Source: a virus
Virus record (IMG/VR): IMGVR_UViG_3300050821_003907
Coordinates: 64,001-128,000 of that record
Reading direction: 5' to 3' (one strand)
Length of the DNA: 64,000 bases
In this document: positions 19,919 to 30,172 of the stretch, piece by piece
Layout: every line of letters begins with the position of its first letter
Position numbering within the stretch: position 1 is the stretch's first letter
Made by a program: the position numbers and the translations under genes
Notes under the pieces: generated by a model
Told to the model about the DNA's origin: nothing
Seen by the model: the letters and a program-made list of their open reading frames with translations, nothing else
The model's database searches: none

Positions 19919-21077
19919 TTACGATTTCGGGTGCTTGCTGACAGGAGACAATGACCACTGACCGTTGCCGGTGCGCTTGTACTCTTCGTACAGGTCAGGG
20001 TGGTCTTCTGCGAAAGACTTCTGCTGGAAGCGGCGAGGATTACTGAAAGTAAGAGCGTAAGCTCCCCACGCACCGTTCGGGTGCGCCGGAATGTCGAACG
20101 CCTTGCCTGGCTGCTGCGGCCAGTTAGCCAGCTCTGCCGTGATGGCGTTCTTGGTTTCGTCTGCGGCAATGTCTGCCGCTGCGGCTTCAGCTTTCTGTGC
20201 GTGGTAGATGGTGAGCAGTGTCGCCAGTCGGCTGTTGCCATCAGGTTCTACTGACACGCGCTCAGGGCGCTCAGGCTGAGGTGTAGTCATTTACTGCCCG
20301 TCCATGATGTCTCGTTGTGCCCTGTACAACTTCGCGTCCAGCTCACTGTTCTCAGCCCCGAAGGATATAGGGCCGAAACCATCATAAGCCTGCACGTTAA
20401 TGCGCTGACGCAACAGCAGTAGTTCCGCTGAAGTAAGAGGGACGTCGATAGTAGGTTCTGTCACCTTTCCTCCACGTAGATATCGAAGGTGTTTCCTGAC
20501 CTAGGACGAATGCTGACGAATGAGCTAAGCGCCATTACGTTCAGGTACTTACTGCCATCACGATGCTCGTGAACACGCAGGTTAAGCGCATTCTCGTGCG
20601 TATCGTCACCGAGCTTGAACTTGATGATAGGACTCTTGCCTAGCGGACGCGTAGGGTACGTGCTGTAGTGCTCCACAAAAGTATCTGAGTCATCAGGTCC
20701 TTGCGACAACGTGTCTATATGAGCGTTGAGATTGCTGATGTACATCTGCTGAGTGCGGATGTAACGTTGCGCCCACTTAGGGAGCTTATCTATCTGCTCA
20801 TCTGTAGGTTCCGTGTTCATGCGTTCCTCGGCTTAGAAGGGATGTGCAAAGGTGCCCAGTGAGTGACGCTAGGAAGTACCCTCTCGGTGTTCCAGTGAAC
20901 CCAGTGCTCCCCGTCGTTCATCGCGAGCACCACACGGTCGTAGGTGTAATCCCACACCCAGCACAGCCTCCGCACCGGAGGCGTAACCCCGTCCTTGGCG
21001 TCTCGCCACTCAGTCGTCATCACGCGCTTGTCAACGTTGTCGTCAACGAGAGTATTCCCGGAACTAGACGTGGCCAA
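19919..21077 (-). other. Four small hypothetical ORFs (19919-20290, 20291-20464, 20461-20820, 20817-21077)
   Basis: Tightly packed with overlapping stop/start codons. Confidence 0.6.
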
Positions 21078-21149
21078 ATCCCGGTTACAGCCAGCAGAGT
21101 GCTCGCCTTGAGGAGTACCCTGGAGTCTTCCCTACAGGACGGAGCAACG

Positions 21150-23483
21150 ATGCAGTTTGCCCTCACGCCTCGTGAGACAGTGCAGGACCTAGCATGGGAG
21201 ATGGCAGGCAAAGGCTGGCAGCCGGTGTTCTGCCTGGCCAGGCAGAGCGGTTCCTTCACCCCGCAGCACGGTTCCACTGGCGGCTCAGCGCTTTACGGGT
21301 GGAACGGCGAGCAGCCTGACGGCGCTCACCGGCTGGCATTCCGACCCCCGCGTAATGTCGTCGTCTTCGACGTAGACCATTACGACGGAAAGCGCGGTGC
21401 TGACACCATTGACGCGGCAGAAGCCCGTCTTGGCCCGCTGCCCCTCACCTGGAAGGTTTCATCTCGCGGAGATGAGAACCCGTCAGGGCGGTACCTGTTC
21501 CGCAAGCCTGTAGACCTTGACTTCACGGACAGCGCCCTGGCCGCATTCGGCACTGATGGCGTGACCAACGTGGAAATCGTGCGCACCGCGCACCGCTTCT
21601 CCTGGGCACCGGGTGACATCAACCACAAGAATGGCCAGGTGGTAATGTGCTTCGACCCTGACGGGGAGCCTGGCAAGCTGCCGAACGTAGATGACCTGCC
21701 TGAGCTTCCGGAAGCCTGGGTGGCCTACCTGCGTAATCCTCCTGTTCCGCAAACTGCCACGGCCTACAATGCTCCTTGCGACGGGCCAGAATGGTGGCTC
21801 GCGCAGGCTGACGATTCCCTGGGAACGCGCCAGGAACTGGCCGGTTTCGGCATGAAGATAATGAACAGCCGCCAGCCTGTGGAAACAGCCATGGAGCAGA
21901 TGCTCCGGTGCTCACTAGACCTGGACCCCGCGCGTCCCTGGCGCGAGTCGGACCTGTGGCCGCTGCTGGACAGCAACACCCAGCGCAAGGTAGCGGAGAA
22001 CCTGGCCCGCCAGGACTTCGAGTATGAGTTCGTCAAGGAGCAGTCACACGCTACTGACGAGCAACTGACCAAGGAAGCAGAGCGTACGCAAGAAGAGTAT
22101 GAGCGCAAGAATGCATTCGATGCGGCTGCCAAGCAGCGTCTTAGCGCCGTGACTAACTTCGTGATAGAGCAGAGGCCCGGCATTCCCATCTGCTTTGACC
22201 CGGATGACCCGGATTACCAGCCTGAGCCTCAGGTAACCACCTCTAACTTCCACGAAATGATTCGCGGCCTTCCTGTGTACAAGCAGGAAGTAGGCCGGAT
22301 GCTGGCGCGCAAGATTGCGGAGAAGGACGTGCGCGACCTTCTCAAGAAAGAGTTCAAGGGGTTTCAGGACATCACTCAGCAGCAGGAAATCCCTGAGCCG
22401 GAACTACTGCAAGTAGTAGGCAAGGACCAGAAGTCCTCAGCTGTTATTCCCCGCAAGACCGTGAGCGTGCTGTCGGGCCACCGTGCATCAGGCAAGACGT
22501 GGGTCGCGGCTGCTTTTGCCGCCCAGGAAATGCGGGCAGACCGGCACGTAATCTGGGTGGACTTCGAGCGCCAGCCTGCACTGCTACGGGAAAAGCTGAA
22601 GATTTGCGGCATCGTCTCAGATGAGGTTGTGCGCAATCAGCTTCACTACACCGATGAACTGCCCCCGGACCTTGCGTTCGAGGCTGCTCAGTACCCTGAC
22701 TGCCTTATCGTCATCGACGCGTGGCGTGGCTTGCAGCAAGATGTTGCCCCTGCTACTTCAGCTAACGACGGCGACGCCGTAGAGCAGGTGTACGCGGACG
22801 TGCTCAATCCTGCTGTAGGAGTAGGCGCGACCATCGTCATCCTTGACCACCTTGCCAAGACAGGCATAGGAGGCACGTTCGGTTCTGAGCGTAAGGAATC
22901 TGCTGCCGACTACGTGTTCAAGGTAGAGCAGGCACAGGCATTCTCCCGTAAGTCCGAGGGCTACTCTGCCATGACGGTCACCAAGGACCGTTACGGGCAC
23001 CACACCGTGGACACTCCTGTTGCTTACCTGTGGGTGCCTGCCGGTGAGAGCGGCCCTTCCATCAAGGACTACCCGAAGATGCCTGAGCTGCGTAACTGGT
23101 CTCCTGAGGCTGATGACCTGCCAACGCCTGAAGAGGTGCTGAGCGGCGAGGAGCGCCCCGCTAAGGCTGACAAGCCCAAGGCAGCTCGCCCCAAGCACGA
23201 AGAGGTTGAGCGCAAGCGCAGGCTCGTCCTGGGCATTGTCGGAAGGATGCCCTTGCAGTTCGGCGTGCGACCGCTGGCACACGAAGCCATGGGGCAGTTC
23301 CCAGAAATTTTCGACAACCTGGACAACACCATCGCTTTCGTCAGGCGCATGGAGCACCCCGACAATCTCATCATCAGGGACGGCGGCGGCAAGTTCGAGC
23401 TCCGTCAGCCACCGGCGACTAGTGGTGCCCCTGCTCCCGAGATGGACCTGTCGCTGCCAGAGGACTTCGATGAGGATGAGTAG
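21150..23483 (+). CDS. Bifunctional primase-polymerase fused to an AAA/RecA-like helicase domain
   Basis: N-terminal VFDVD...TWKVSSRG...GRYLF prim-pol motifs; Walker A GHRASGKT; Walker B IVIDA; LDHLAK, FGSERKES; start ATG 21150 after GGAG. Confidence 0.85.
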   Translation: MQFALTPRETVQDLAWEMAGKGWQPVFCLARQSGSFTPQHGSTGGSALYGWNGEQPDGAHRLAFRPPRNVVVFDVDHYDGKRGADTIDAAEARLGPLPLTWKVSSRGDENPSGRYLFRKPVDLDFTDSALAAFGTDGVTNVEIVRTAHRFSWAPGDINHKNGQVVMCFDPDGEPGKLPNVDDLPELPEAWVAYLRNPPVPQTATAYNAPCDGPEWWLAQADDSLGTRQELAGFGMKIMNSRQPVETAMEQMLRCSLDLDPARPWRESDLWPLLDSNTQRKVAENLARQDFEYEFVKEQSHATDEQLTKEAERTQEEYERKNAFDAAAKQRLSAVTNFVIEQRPGIPICFDPDDPDYQPEPQVTTSNFHEMIRGLPVYKQEVGRMLARKIAEKDVRDLLKKEFKGFQDITQQQEIPEPELLQVVGKDQKSSAVIPRKTVSVLSGHRASGKTWVAAAFAAQEMRADRHVIWVDFERQPALLREKLKICGIVSDEVVRNQLHYTDELPPDLAFEAAQYPDCLIVIDAWRGLQQDVAPATSANDGDAVEQVYADVLNPAVGVGATIVILDHLAKTGIGGTFGSERKESAADYVFKVEQAQAFSRKSEGYSAMTVTKDRYGHHTVDTPVAYLWVPAGESGPSIKDYPKMPELRNWSPEADDLPTPEEVLSGEERPAKADKPKAARPKHEEVERKRRLVLGIVGRMPLQFGVRPLAHEAMGQFPEIFDNLDNTIAFVRRMEHPDNLIIRDGGGKFELRQPPATSGAPAPEMDLSLPEDFDEDE

Positions 23484-23484
23484 G

Positions 23485-23645
23485 GGTGTGCTAAACGGTG
23501 TGCTGAAGGTGTGCTATGGCACACTTCAGGGTCAAGTGCTAGGTGTGCTGGAGTGTGTGCCATCCCACCCTTGTCTTTAGACAAGTGGTGGCACACCTTC
23601 AGCACAGCACACCTGGAACAGCACAAAAAGAAAAAAGCACACCTG
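23485..23645. repeat. Iteron-like GGTGTGCT repeats in inverted arrangement with an A-tract; candidate replication origin
   Basis: GGTGTGCT at 23485, 23497, 23508 and 23542; AGCACACC at 23606 and 23636; central palindrome CTTGTC-TTTA-GACAAG; A-tract 23625-23636; lies between primase and polymerase. Confidence 0.65.
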
Positions 23646-23689
23646 ACAACGAAAGTCGAAGCAGTGAAGACTGGAGGTAGGCTGAATCA

Positions 23690-25858
23690 GTGGCAAGCCG
23701 ACTGAGTGAAGACGAGAAGCTGGAACGCGCCCGCATTAAGGCCGACAAGGCCGCCGCGAAGCTGGCGGAGCGTGAAGCCGCTGCGGCTGTCCGCAAGGCA
23801 GAGATGGAACTCCGCAAGCAGGAGCGTGACGCTGAGCGTGAACGCCTTAAGGCCGAAAAGGCTGAGGCCAAGGCTCGTGAGAAGCTAGAGCTGGCTATTG
23901 CCAAGCTGGAAGAGGCTGAAGGCCCGAAGTACCAGCTACCGGCCATAGTTAACCGCAAGGGCGTTGTGGTGTCTACTGACACCGCGACTGCCTGGAGGGT
24001 CCTTCAGGACTACATGAGCGCCTTGTGCCTGGATGTCGAGACTTCTGGTTACCCACCGGGTCACGAGCACTACGCGCTCCGCACGGTCCAGCTAGGCGGT
24101 GAGCACTACGCTGTAGTACTGGACGCCGATGATGAAGAGCAGATGGTCCTGGCTTCCCTGGCGCTCAAGATGGCCGACAAGCTTCACGCGCACAGTGCCG
24201 TGGCTGACCTGGTGCCTTGCGTTATCGCTGGCCTTATCGGCTGGGACGAGGCTTGGGCCAAGATGCACGATTCCGTGCTCTACGCCAAGCTGACTGACCC
24301 TAAGCAGTCTGGGTCTGATGCCGAGGGCCTTAAGGAGCTGGCCTCAGCCCTGCTGTCGCATTACGCGACAGCGCCGCTGGCTGAAAAAGCCAAGAACGCG
24401 CTGTTCAAGGTAATGGGCTGCCTGGTCAGCACTGAAATCACCACCCCAGTTGAGCGTAATGGCTGGTACATGGTGAACAAGAATTGCGAGACCATGATTG
24501 TCTACGCAGGTTCTGACGTACTGGACCTCGGTGCGGTACTGCGCATGCTGCCTTCGCTGCCGGTGGACAACAGCGTGCTCGACCGTGAACGAGAGTTCGA
24601 GGCTATCTGCTCGCGCGTCGCGTGGACGGGCTTCAAGCTGGACACCAGTCATGTCAAGGAAATGATTGCCAAGTACGAGAAGGAGCGCGAGGAACTTCTC
24701 GCCATCGTTCAGTACTTGTCAAGTGGTCTTATCGAGAATCCGTCCTCACCAGATACAGGCGAGAAGTTGTTGCAGCTTTTCCCTGAGCTTGACGGCAAGC
24801 TGGAACTAAGCGAGAAGACCGGCAAGCCATCCGCAGCTAAAGCATCTCTTGAGCGTCCAGCCAAGGAAGGCAACGTCCTGTGCAAGGCAATCCTTGCTTA
24901 CAGGCACTCTGTGACCACCTTGGGCCTTCTTCTGAGGCCACTGGAGAACCTGTGTGATTATGGTGACGGTCGCATGCGGCCTACTGTGTACACCATCAAC
25001 GCAGACACCGGTCGCACATCTTGCGTGCGTCCTAACGGCCAGCAGTTTTCTCGCCAGGGAGGCATCAGGCAATGCGTTCGCGCTGACGAGGGTTTCCTGG
25101 GCATCGCGGCTGACTTCCAGGGATGTGAAATCCGCGTTGCGGCAGCGCTGTCAGGTGACAAGGAAGTTCTTGAAGCCGAGATTTCGCCTAAATGCTATCT
25201 GTGCGACGGTAATCCTTGCACCTGCGGTAAGCACCACACCGGACTCCACTGGCTGGCAGCTCACATCGCGTGGGGCGAAGGAGCCACCAAAGAGAACCGG
25301 TACGTTGCCAAGCGTATCATCTTCTCCAAGCTGTTCGGCGGTTCTCCAGCAGCAGGTGCTCGCCAGACTGGCGTGACCATGGAAGAGTCTCAGGCAGTGC
25401 ACGATGCGTTCTCCGAGATTGCTCCGGTGTACACAGAGTGGGACAAGTGGCTGCGTAAGTGCTTCTATGAGGGCAAGATGGTATGGCGGGACTATGAGAC
25501 CGGGCAGAACTACGGCAGTGACCTGCCTGGTAGTCGTCGTGGTATCTACCGCACGTACTCAGGCCGCAACATCTACATCAACAGCGGTCACGCTTTCGGC
25601 AATTACGCTATCCAGGGCACTGCCCGTGAACTTCTGGTAGACGGAGTCCTGCGCTGGAATCAGACTCGCTGGGCGCAGTATCCTATCCTTCCGGTGCATG
25701 ATGAAGTGCTTTCCTGGGTTCCTGCTGATGAGGCTCACGAGGCTGTTCAGGTACTTAAGCAGTGCATGGAGACTTCCGTGCTCAGCACGCCTGATTTCCC
25801 TGTCACAGTTGGTGCTGACCCTGACGAGCCGTTTGCTTACTGGCCGGACTCTAGCTGA
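23690..25858 (+). CDS. polA: Family A DNA polymerase (3'-5' exonuclease + polymerase)
   Basis: ExoI LDVETSG, ExoIII YAGSD; motif A ADFQGCEIR; motif B RYVAKRIIFSKLFGG; motif C VHDE. Confidence 0.93.
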   Translation: MASRLSEDEKLERARIKADKAAAKLAEREAAAAVRKAEMELRKQERDAERERLKAEKAEAKAREKLELAIAKLEEAEGPKYQLPAIVNRKGVVVSTDTATAWRVLQDYMSALCLDVETSGYPPGHEHYALRTVQLGGEHYAVVLDADDEEQMVLASLALKMADKLHAHSAVADLVPCVIAGLIGWDEAWAKMHDSVLYAKLTDPKQSGSDAEGLKELASALLSHYATAPLAEKAKNALFKVMGCLVSTEITTPVERNGWYMVNKNCETMIVYAGSDVLDLGAVLRMLPSLPVDNSVLDREREFEAICSRVAWTGFKLDTSHVKEMIAKYEKEREELLAIVQYLSSGLIENPSSPDTGEKLLQLFPELDGKLELSEKTGKPSAAKASLERPAKEGNVLCKAILAYRHSVTTLGLLLRPLENLCDYGDGRMRPTVYTINADTGRTSCVRPNGQQFSRQGGIRQCVRADEGFLGIAADFQGCEIRVAAALSGDKEVLEAEISPKCYLCDGNPCTCGKHHTGLHWLAAHIAWGEGATKENRYVAKRIIFSKLFGGSPAAGARQTGVTMEESQAVHDAFSEIAPVYTEWDKWLRKCFYEGKMVWRDYETGQNYGSDLPGSRRGIYRTYSGRNIYINSGHAFGNYAIQGTARELLVDGVLRWNQTRWAQYPILPVHDEVLSWVPADEAHEAVQVLKQCMETSVLSTPDFPVTVGADPDEPFAYWPDSS

Positions 25859-26019
25859 TGGCGGGAATTCCGAAAACTACCCGTAACAAGAAGCCGGAGC
25901 CGTGCAAGAATTGCGGTGAGGATGTGTGGAATCCCTATACAGGCTCTTGTGATGAGTGCCATGCGAAGGTTTATGCGGAGTTTGTGAAAGCGATGGGCTG
26001 GGAGGACGATTCCAGCTGA
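25858..26019 (+). CDS. Small zinc-finger-like protein (53 aa)
   Basis: TGATG coupling to the polymerase gene; CKNC...CDEC. Confidence 0.55.
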   Translation: MAGIPKTTRNKKPEPCKNCGEDVWNPYTGSCDECHAKVYAEFVKAMGWEDDSS

Positions 26020-26086
26020 CGATACCGGAATTTGAATGCCTTAAGGTACTGTGATATAGAGGGCGTTTTCCGGCTAATCGTGAGGA

Positions 26087-27835
26087 GTGGTCAGCATGTG
26101 GTTCAAGGGGTATAACGCTGACCGATTCGAATTCCTGTACTCCCAGTACCTTCCTGCTACCAGTGTTGCTGCCGCAACTTGGGGACTCTACGCTAGTGTT
26201 AGTGGCGGCGAGAATTACTGGTACCTTCAGGGTTACTCAACTGCTGCTGCCTTGGCTGCTGACGTTAATGCCTTTGTGGCCGCTGCTGGCGGAACCCCGT
26301 GGATGGTAATAGGCGACCTGACCACAATTTCTACCACGACAGTGCTCGTGGCCATTAACTTCGAAGTGGCTAAGGGATTCACCGACACTGGCACGGGCAT
26401 TGCTGTTCGCGGTTCCTGGTGCACACTCGGGTACACGCCTTACGCGAACTACGCTGCCGCTCGCACCGCTATTCTCGGCATTACCTCAACGGCTAACGAG
26501 CCTGTTCACAACGTGAGGAACCACGGTGCCGTAGGTGACGGTGTAACCGACGACCATCTGGCTTTCCAGTCGGCCGTTAATGCGGCTAGCACCGCAGGCG
26601 GCGGTGTCGTTTACATCCCTGAAGGTTCTTATTACATCGGAAGCCGCGTTACCCCTCAGAGCACAACAATCATTCAGGGTGCGGGCATGAACACCACCAC
26701 GCTTATCAGCGGAGTAGCGTTTGACTACGTGTTCTACACAAGCAATAGTGGTAGCGGCATTCAGGATTTCACGCTACGTGACCTGACGGTTAACGTGAAT
26801 AACGTTTCGCATGGTGCTGGCATCCGTTTTGAATACGCCACCCGGATTCTCGTAGAGCGTGTTCACATCCAGAACGTGTCCAATGGCTGGGGTGCGGTAA
26901 TTGGCGCTCCGGGAGCCACGAGTACTTACATCAATACAGACATTAAGTTCCGTGATTGCTTCTTCGATACGCAGAACAGCACGCTTGAGATGCTGCTTAT
27001 CATGAACACTCAGCACGCAGAGGTAATTAACTGCAAGTTCTACAATCAGACAGCTTCCAGCGGTCCCGGCCTAGGCATTTATCAGGTTTGCGATGATATC
27101 CAGGTAAGCCACTGCATCTTTAGTGCTATTTCGGGTCCGGCTATTTACTATTCCCTGTCCTGCAATAATATCACCATCGATAACTGCGCTTTTTACGGAG
27201 TAAATGGTGGCACGGGCGTTCAGGGCACTAATCTTTCTGACAATGGGGCGTTCGGGTACGGTTACGTATACGGCCTTTCAGTGACTAATTGCTATTTTAC
27301 GGGGCTTGCCGTAGGACTTCAGCTAGGAGCCACTAAGGGTGCCTTGGTTGACACCTGTAATTTTGACTCGAATTACAACATCGCTATTTTCCTGAATGCA
27401 GGAAACCAGGGCGTTTCGGCCCTGGCTAAGTACTGGACGATAGCGAATTGCCGGTTCCGGAATAACAACCAGCAGGGCACTAATGGCACTATCCACCCCG
27501 CTATCTTCTTTTCCACAATTGCCGGAAGCATGTACGGCAAGTTGACGAATTGCTCTTTCTGGGATGACGGTGCAGGCGGCGTTAATACCCAGTTCTGTCC
27601 TATATCCTTTTACGGGCCAGGAACATGGGATTACATAAAGGTAACTGACTGCTATATTGAGCAGCATTCTACTACTAACGTGAACCAGCAGCTGTTCCTG
27701 GTGAACAGTGCACTCCTCGGCTCAAACGTGGCAATCCTGAACTCCACGTACTCCACAGGGACGGTCACGATACCTGTTAATGCACCGAACCAGCTCAAGG
27801 GTTTCTCTGTAGCCATGGGCATCGCTCTAGGGTAA
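26087..27835 (+). CDS. Pectate-lyase-like right-handed beta-helix (tailspike/depolymerase-like) protein
   Basis: NVRNHGAVGDGVTDDHLAFQSAVNAA...VVYIPEGSY is the Pectate_lyase_3-type N-cap, followed by Asn/Cys-ladder coils; C-terminus AMGIALG. Confidence 0.85.
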   Translation: MVSMWFKGYNADRFEFLYSQYLPATSVAAATWGLYASVSGGENYWYLQGYSTAAALAADVNAFVAAAGGTPWMVIGDLTTISTTTVLVAINFEVAKGFTDTGTGIAVRGSWCTLGYTPYANYAAARTAILGITSTANEPVHNVRNHGAVGDGVTDDHLAFQSAVNAASTAGGGVVYIPEGSYYIGSRVTPQSTTIIQGAGMNTTTLISGVAFDYVFYTSNSGSGIQDFTLRDLTVNVNNVSHGAGIRFEYATRILVERVHIQNVSNGWGAVIGAPGATSTYINTDIKFRDCFFDTQNSTLEMLLIMNTQHAEVINCKFYNQTASSGPGLGIYQVCDDIQVSHCIFSAISGPAIYYSLSCNNITIDNCAFYGVNGGTGVQGTNLSDNGAFGYGYVYGLSVTNCYFTGLAVGLQLGATKGALVDTCNFDSNYNIAIFLNAGNQGVSALAKYWTIANCRFRNNNQQGTNGTIHPAIFFSTIAGSMYGKLTNCSFWDDGAGGVNTQFCPISFYGPGTWDYIKVTDCYIEQHSTTNVNQQLFLVNSALLGSNVAILNSTYSTGTVTIPVNAPNQLKGFSVAMGIALG

Positions 27836-27906
27836 GAAGCGCGAATACGGTACGCTGGATATGACCGCCATCCCTTACATGAGCGTGCTAGGAGGCAGTA
27901 GCTCCC

Positions 27907-30162
27907 ATGGCCCCTTCCTATATCACGCTAACTGTTGACGTTTACAACGGGGCAGGAGCGCAGCCTTCTCGGGGTTATGCGTATTTCGCGCCCAACGTTA
28001 CCCTGACGAACTCCACAGACCACATGGTGGTCACGCAAGGTGCCATAGCAGCGCCCTTCACTAACGGTGTAGCTCCCACAGTAAGCCTGCTGCCCACTGA
28101 CAACGCTAATTTCACGCCTAATGGCTGGGCCTGGACGGTCATATTCAGCCAGAATCCTCCTGTAGACGGTGCGCCAGCTAACTTCAGTTTTGACTTGCCT
28201 GCCGGACCCGCCAATTTTACGGCAACTAATGCTTCTCCTTGTGTTTTCACCTGGACGCCTACTACTACGCTTACAACGCTGCCCGCAGGCACCGGGATTA
28301 AGCTGAGCGGCGGAAGTGTTCCCGCAGGATTCACGGCAGGCACTACGTATTACGTGATTAACTCGTCTGGCTCTACTTTCAACCTGGCGGCTACCGTAGG
28401 CGGTAGTGCCATTAACTCCACGGGCAGCGGTTCAGGCACGCTAAGCGTAGTGAGCATGTTCTTGTCGGCGCTGACACCGCTGTCTCCTACCATTCCCACT
28501 ATCGCGCCTTTCGCGCCGGGACTTTCAGCCAACGTGGTAGTAACCGCTTCAGGCGCGGTGGCGACTAACGTGGTGACTGAGGTAGACGCTAGCACGGGCA
28601 ATAAGGCGATGACGCTGCCAGCTCCAGTCAATGGCGCAATGGTAGTAGTGGAGAAGTGGGACACTACAGGTAATACTGTCACCATTTCCGGCAGCATAAG
28701 AGATTCGGCTGCTTCTGTAACGCTTCAAGCTCAGTACCAGTCGTACATGTTCCTGTGCTGGGCCACTACCTGGTGGCCTGTCGCTTACACGACGCCTACA
28801 GCTACGCTGGACCTCAGATATCCCGTGTGGTACAGCGTTAAGTGGTACGGGGCTAAGGGTGATGGCGTAACTGATGACCATACGGCTTTCCAGAATGCCG
28901 TCAACGCGGCTAATACCGCAGGTGGCGGCATCGTCTACGTTCCCGCATCTTCTTACTATATAGGCAGTCGTGTTACGCTGAAGACAGGCGTGACTATCGT
29001 GGGCGACGGTATTGACTCTACTGTCCTGATAAGCGGCGTGGCCTTTGACTATGTGTTCTACAGCAGCGATAGCGTAAATGGTCTTCAGGACAGCGTTGTC
29101 CAGGACATGACGATTAACGTCAACAACGTATCGCACGGAGCCGGTTATCGTATTGAGTATGCTACGAGGGTAAGCGTACTGAGGGTACGGTTCCTTAATG
29201 TGTCCAACGGATGGGGCGCGGTAGTAGGCATCGGCGTCGGCAGTACCAGTACTTACGTTAACACGCAAATAAAATTCCAGGACTGCTACTTTGACACCCA
29301 GAATAGCACGCTTGAAATGCTGCTGATAATGAACACTCAGCACATGGAGGTCATTAATTGTGACTTCTATAATAACACTGCTTCTAGCGGACCTGCTCTA
29401 GGTATTTATCAGGTGTGTGATGATATTCGCGTGTCTAATTCCACCTTCCGGTCTATCACGGGCCCGGCTCTTTATTACTCATTGTCCTGCAATAATATTA
29501 CCGTAGATGATTGCGCGTTTTACGGGGCTAGCGGTGGCACGGGCATTCAGGGCACTAACCTTTCCGACAACGGCGCTTTCGGGTATGGCTGGGTGTTTGG
29601 ACTGACAGTAAGTAACTGCTATTTCACCGGCCTTGCAATCGCTGTGGAGCTAGGGGCCACTAAGGGCGCTGTAGTTGATAACTGTAATTTCGAGAGTAAT
29701 TATAATATCCCTATTCTTATTCACCAGGGTAACCAGGGTGTTTCTAATACGACGGAGTACTGGATTATCACCAATAGCCGATTCCGTAATAACAACACGC
29801 AGAATACGCTTGCCTCTCTCCATCCCTGCATCTTGTTTCAGGGTGTCGGTGGCAGCATGTTCGGCCGGATTGAAAAGTGCAACATCTGGGACGACAGTGC
29901 GGGCGGTGCTCACACTCAGATTTATCCCATCTGCTTCGTCGGTGCATTTACCTGGGACTACATTAAGATATCCAATTGCTACTTTCAGCAGTACGCCACA
30001 ACTAATGCCGCCCAGCAACTGTTTCTTTTCAGCAGTGCAGTTAACGGGTCTCACGTTATAACCGAAAGTTCCACGTTTGCCACCGGTTCCGTCACGCTTC
30101 CGGTTAACACCGCACCTCAACTCAAGGGTTTTTCCGTCGCCATGGGCATCGCGCTAGGATAG
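27907..30162 (+). CDS. Beta-helix tailspike-like protein, paralog of 26087 with a different N-terminal adaptor
   Basis: YGAKGDGVTDDHTAFQNAVNAA...; long near-identical peptide stretches shared with 26087; same C-terminal QLKGFSVAMGIALG. Confidence 0.85.
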   Translation: MAPSYITLTVDVYNGAGAQPSRGYAYFAPNVTLTNSTDHMVVTQGAIAAPFTNGVAPTVSLLPTDNANFTPNGWAWTVIFSQNPPVDGAPANFSFDLPAGPANFTATNASPCVFTWTPTTTLTTLPAGTGIKLSGGSVPAGFTAGTTYYVINSSGSTFNLAATVGGSAINSTGSGSGTLSVVSMFLSALTPLSPTIPTIAPFAPGLSANVVVTASGAVATNVVTEVDASTGNKAMTLPAPVNGAMVVVEKWDTTGNTVTISGSIRDSAASVTLQAQYQSYMFLCWATTWWPVAYTTPTATLDLRYPVWYSVKWYGAKGDGVTDDHTAFQNAVNAANTAGGGIVYVPASSYYIGSRVTLKTGVTIVGDGIDSTVLISGVAFDYVFYSSDSVNGLQDSVVQDMTINVNNVSHGAGYRIEYATRVSVLRVRFLNVSNGWGAVVGIGVGSTSTYVNTQIKFQDCYFDTQNSTLEMLLIMNTQHMEVINCDFYNNTASSGPALGIYQVCDDIRVSNSTFRSITGPALYYSLSCNNITVDDCAFYGASGGTGIQGTNLSDNGAFGYGWVFGLTVSNCYFTGLAIAVELGATKGAVVDNCNFESNYNIPILIHQGNQGVSNTTEYWIITNSRFRNNNTQNTLASLHPCILFQGVGGSMFGRIEKCNIWDDSAGGAHTQIYPICFVGAFTWDYIKISNCYFQQYATTNAAQQLFLFSSAVNGSHVITESSTFATGSVTLPVNTAPQLKGFSVAMGIALG

Positions 30163-30172
30163 GATTAATGAC

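Noticed and set aside
23485-23645. Repeats as a mini-CRISPR array
   Set aside because: Units are only 8 bp with 3-4-nt spacing and switch orientation; there is no 25-45-nt repeat/spacer periodicity.
26087-30162. Diversity-generating retroelement (TR/VR pair) between the two beta-helix genes
   Set aside because: Differences are spread over the whole domain and mainly synonymous rather than adenine-specific; no reverse transcriptase in the window.
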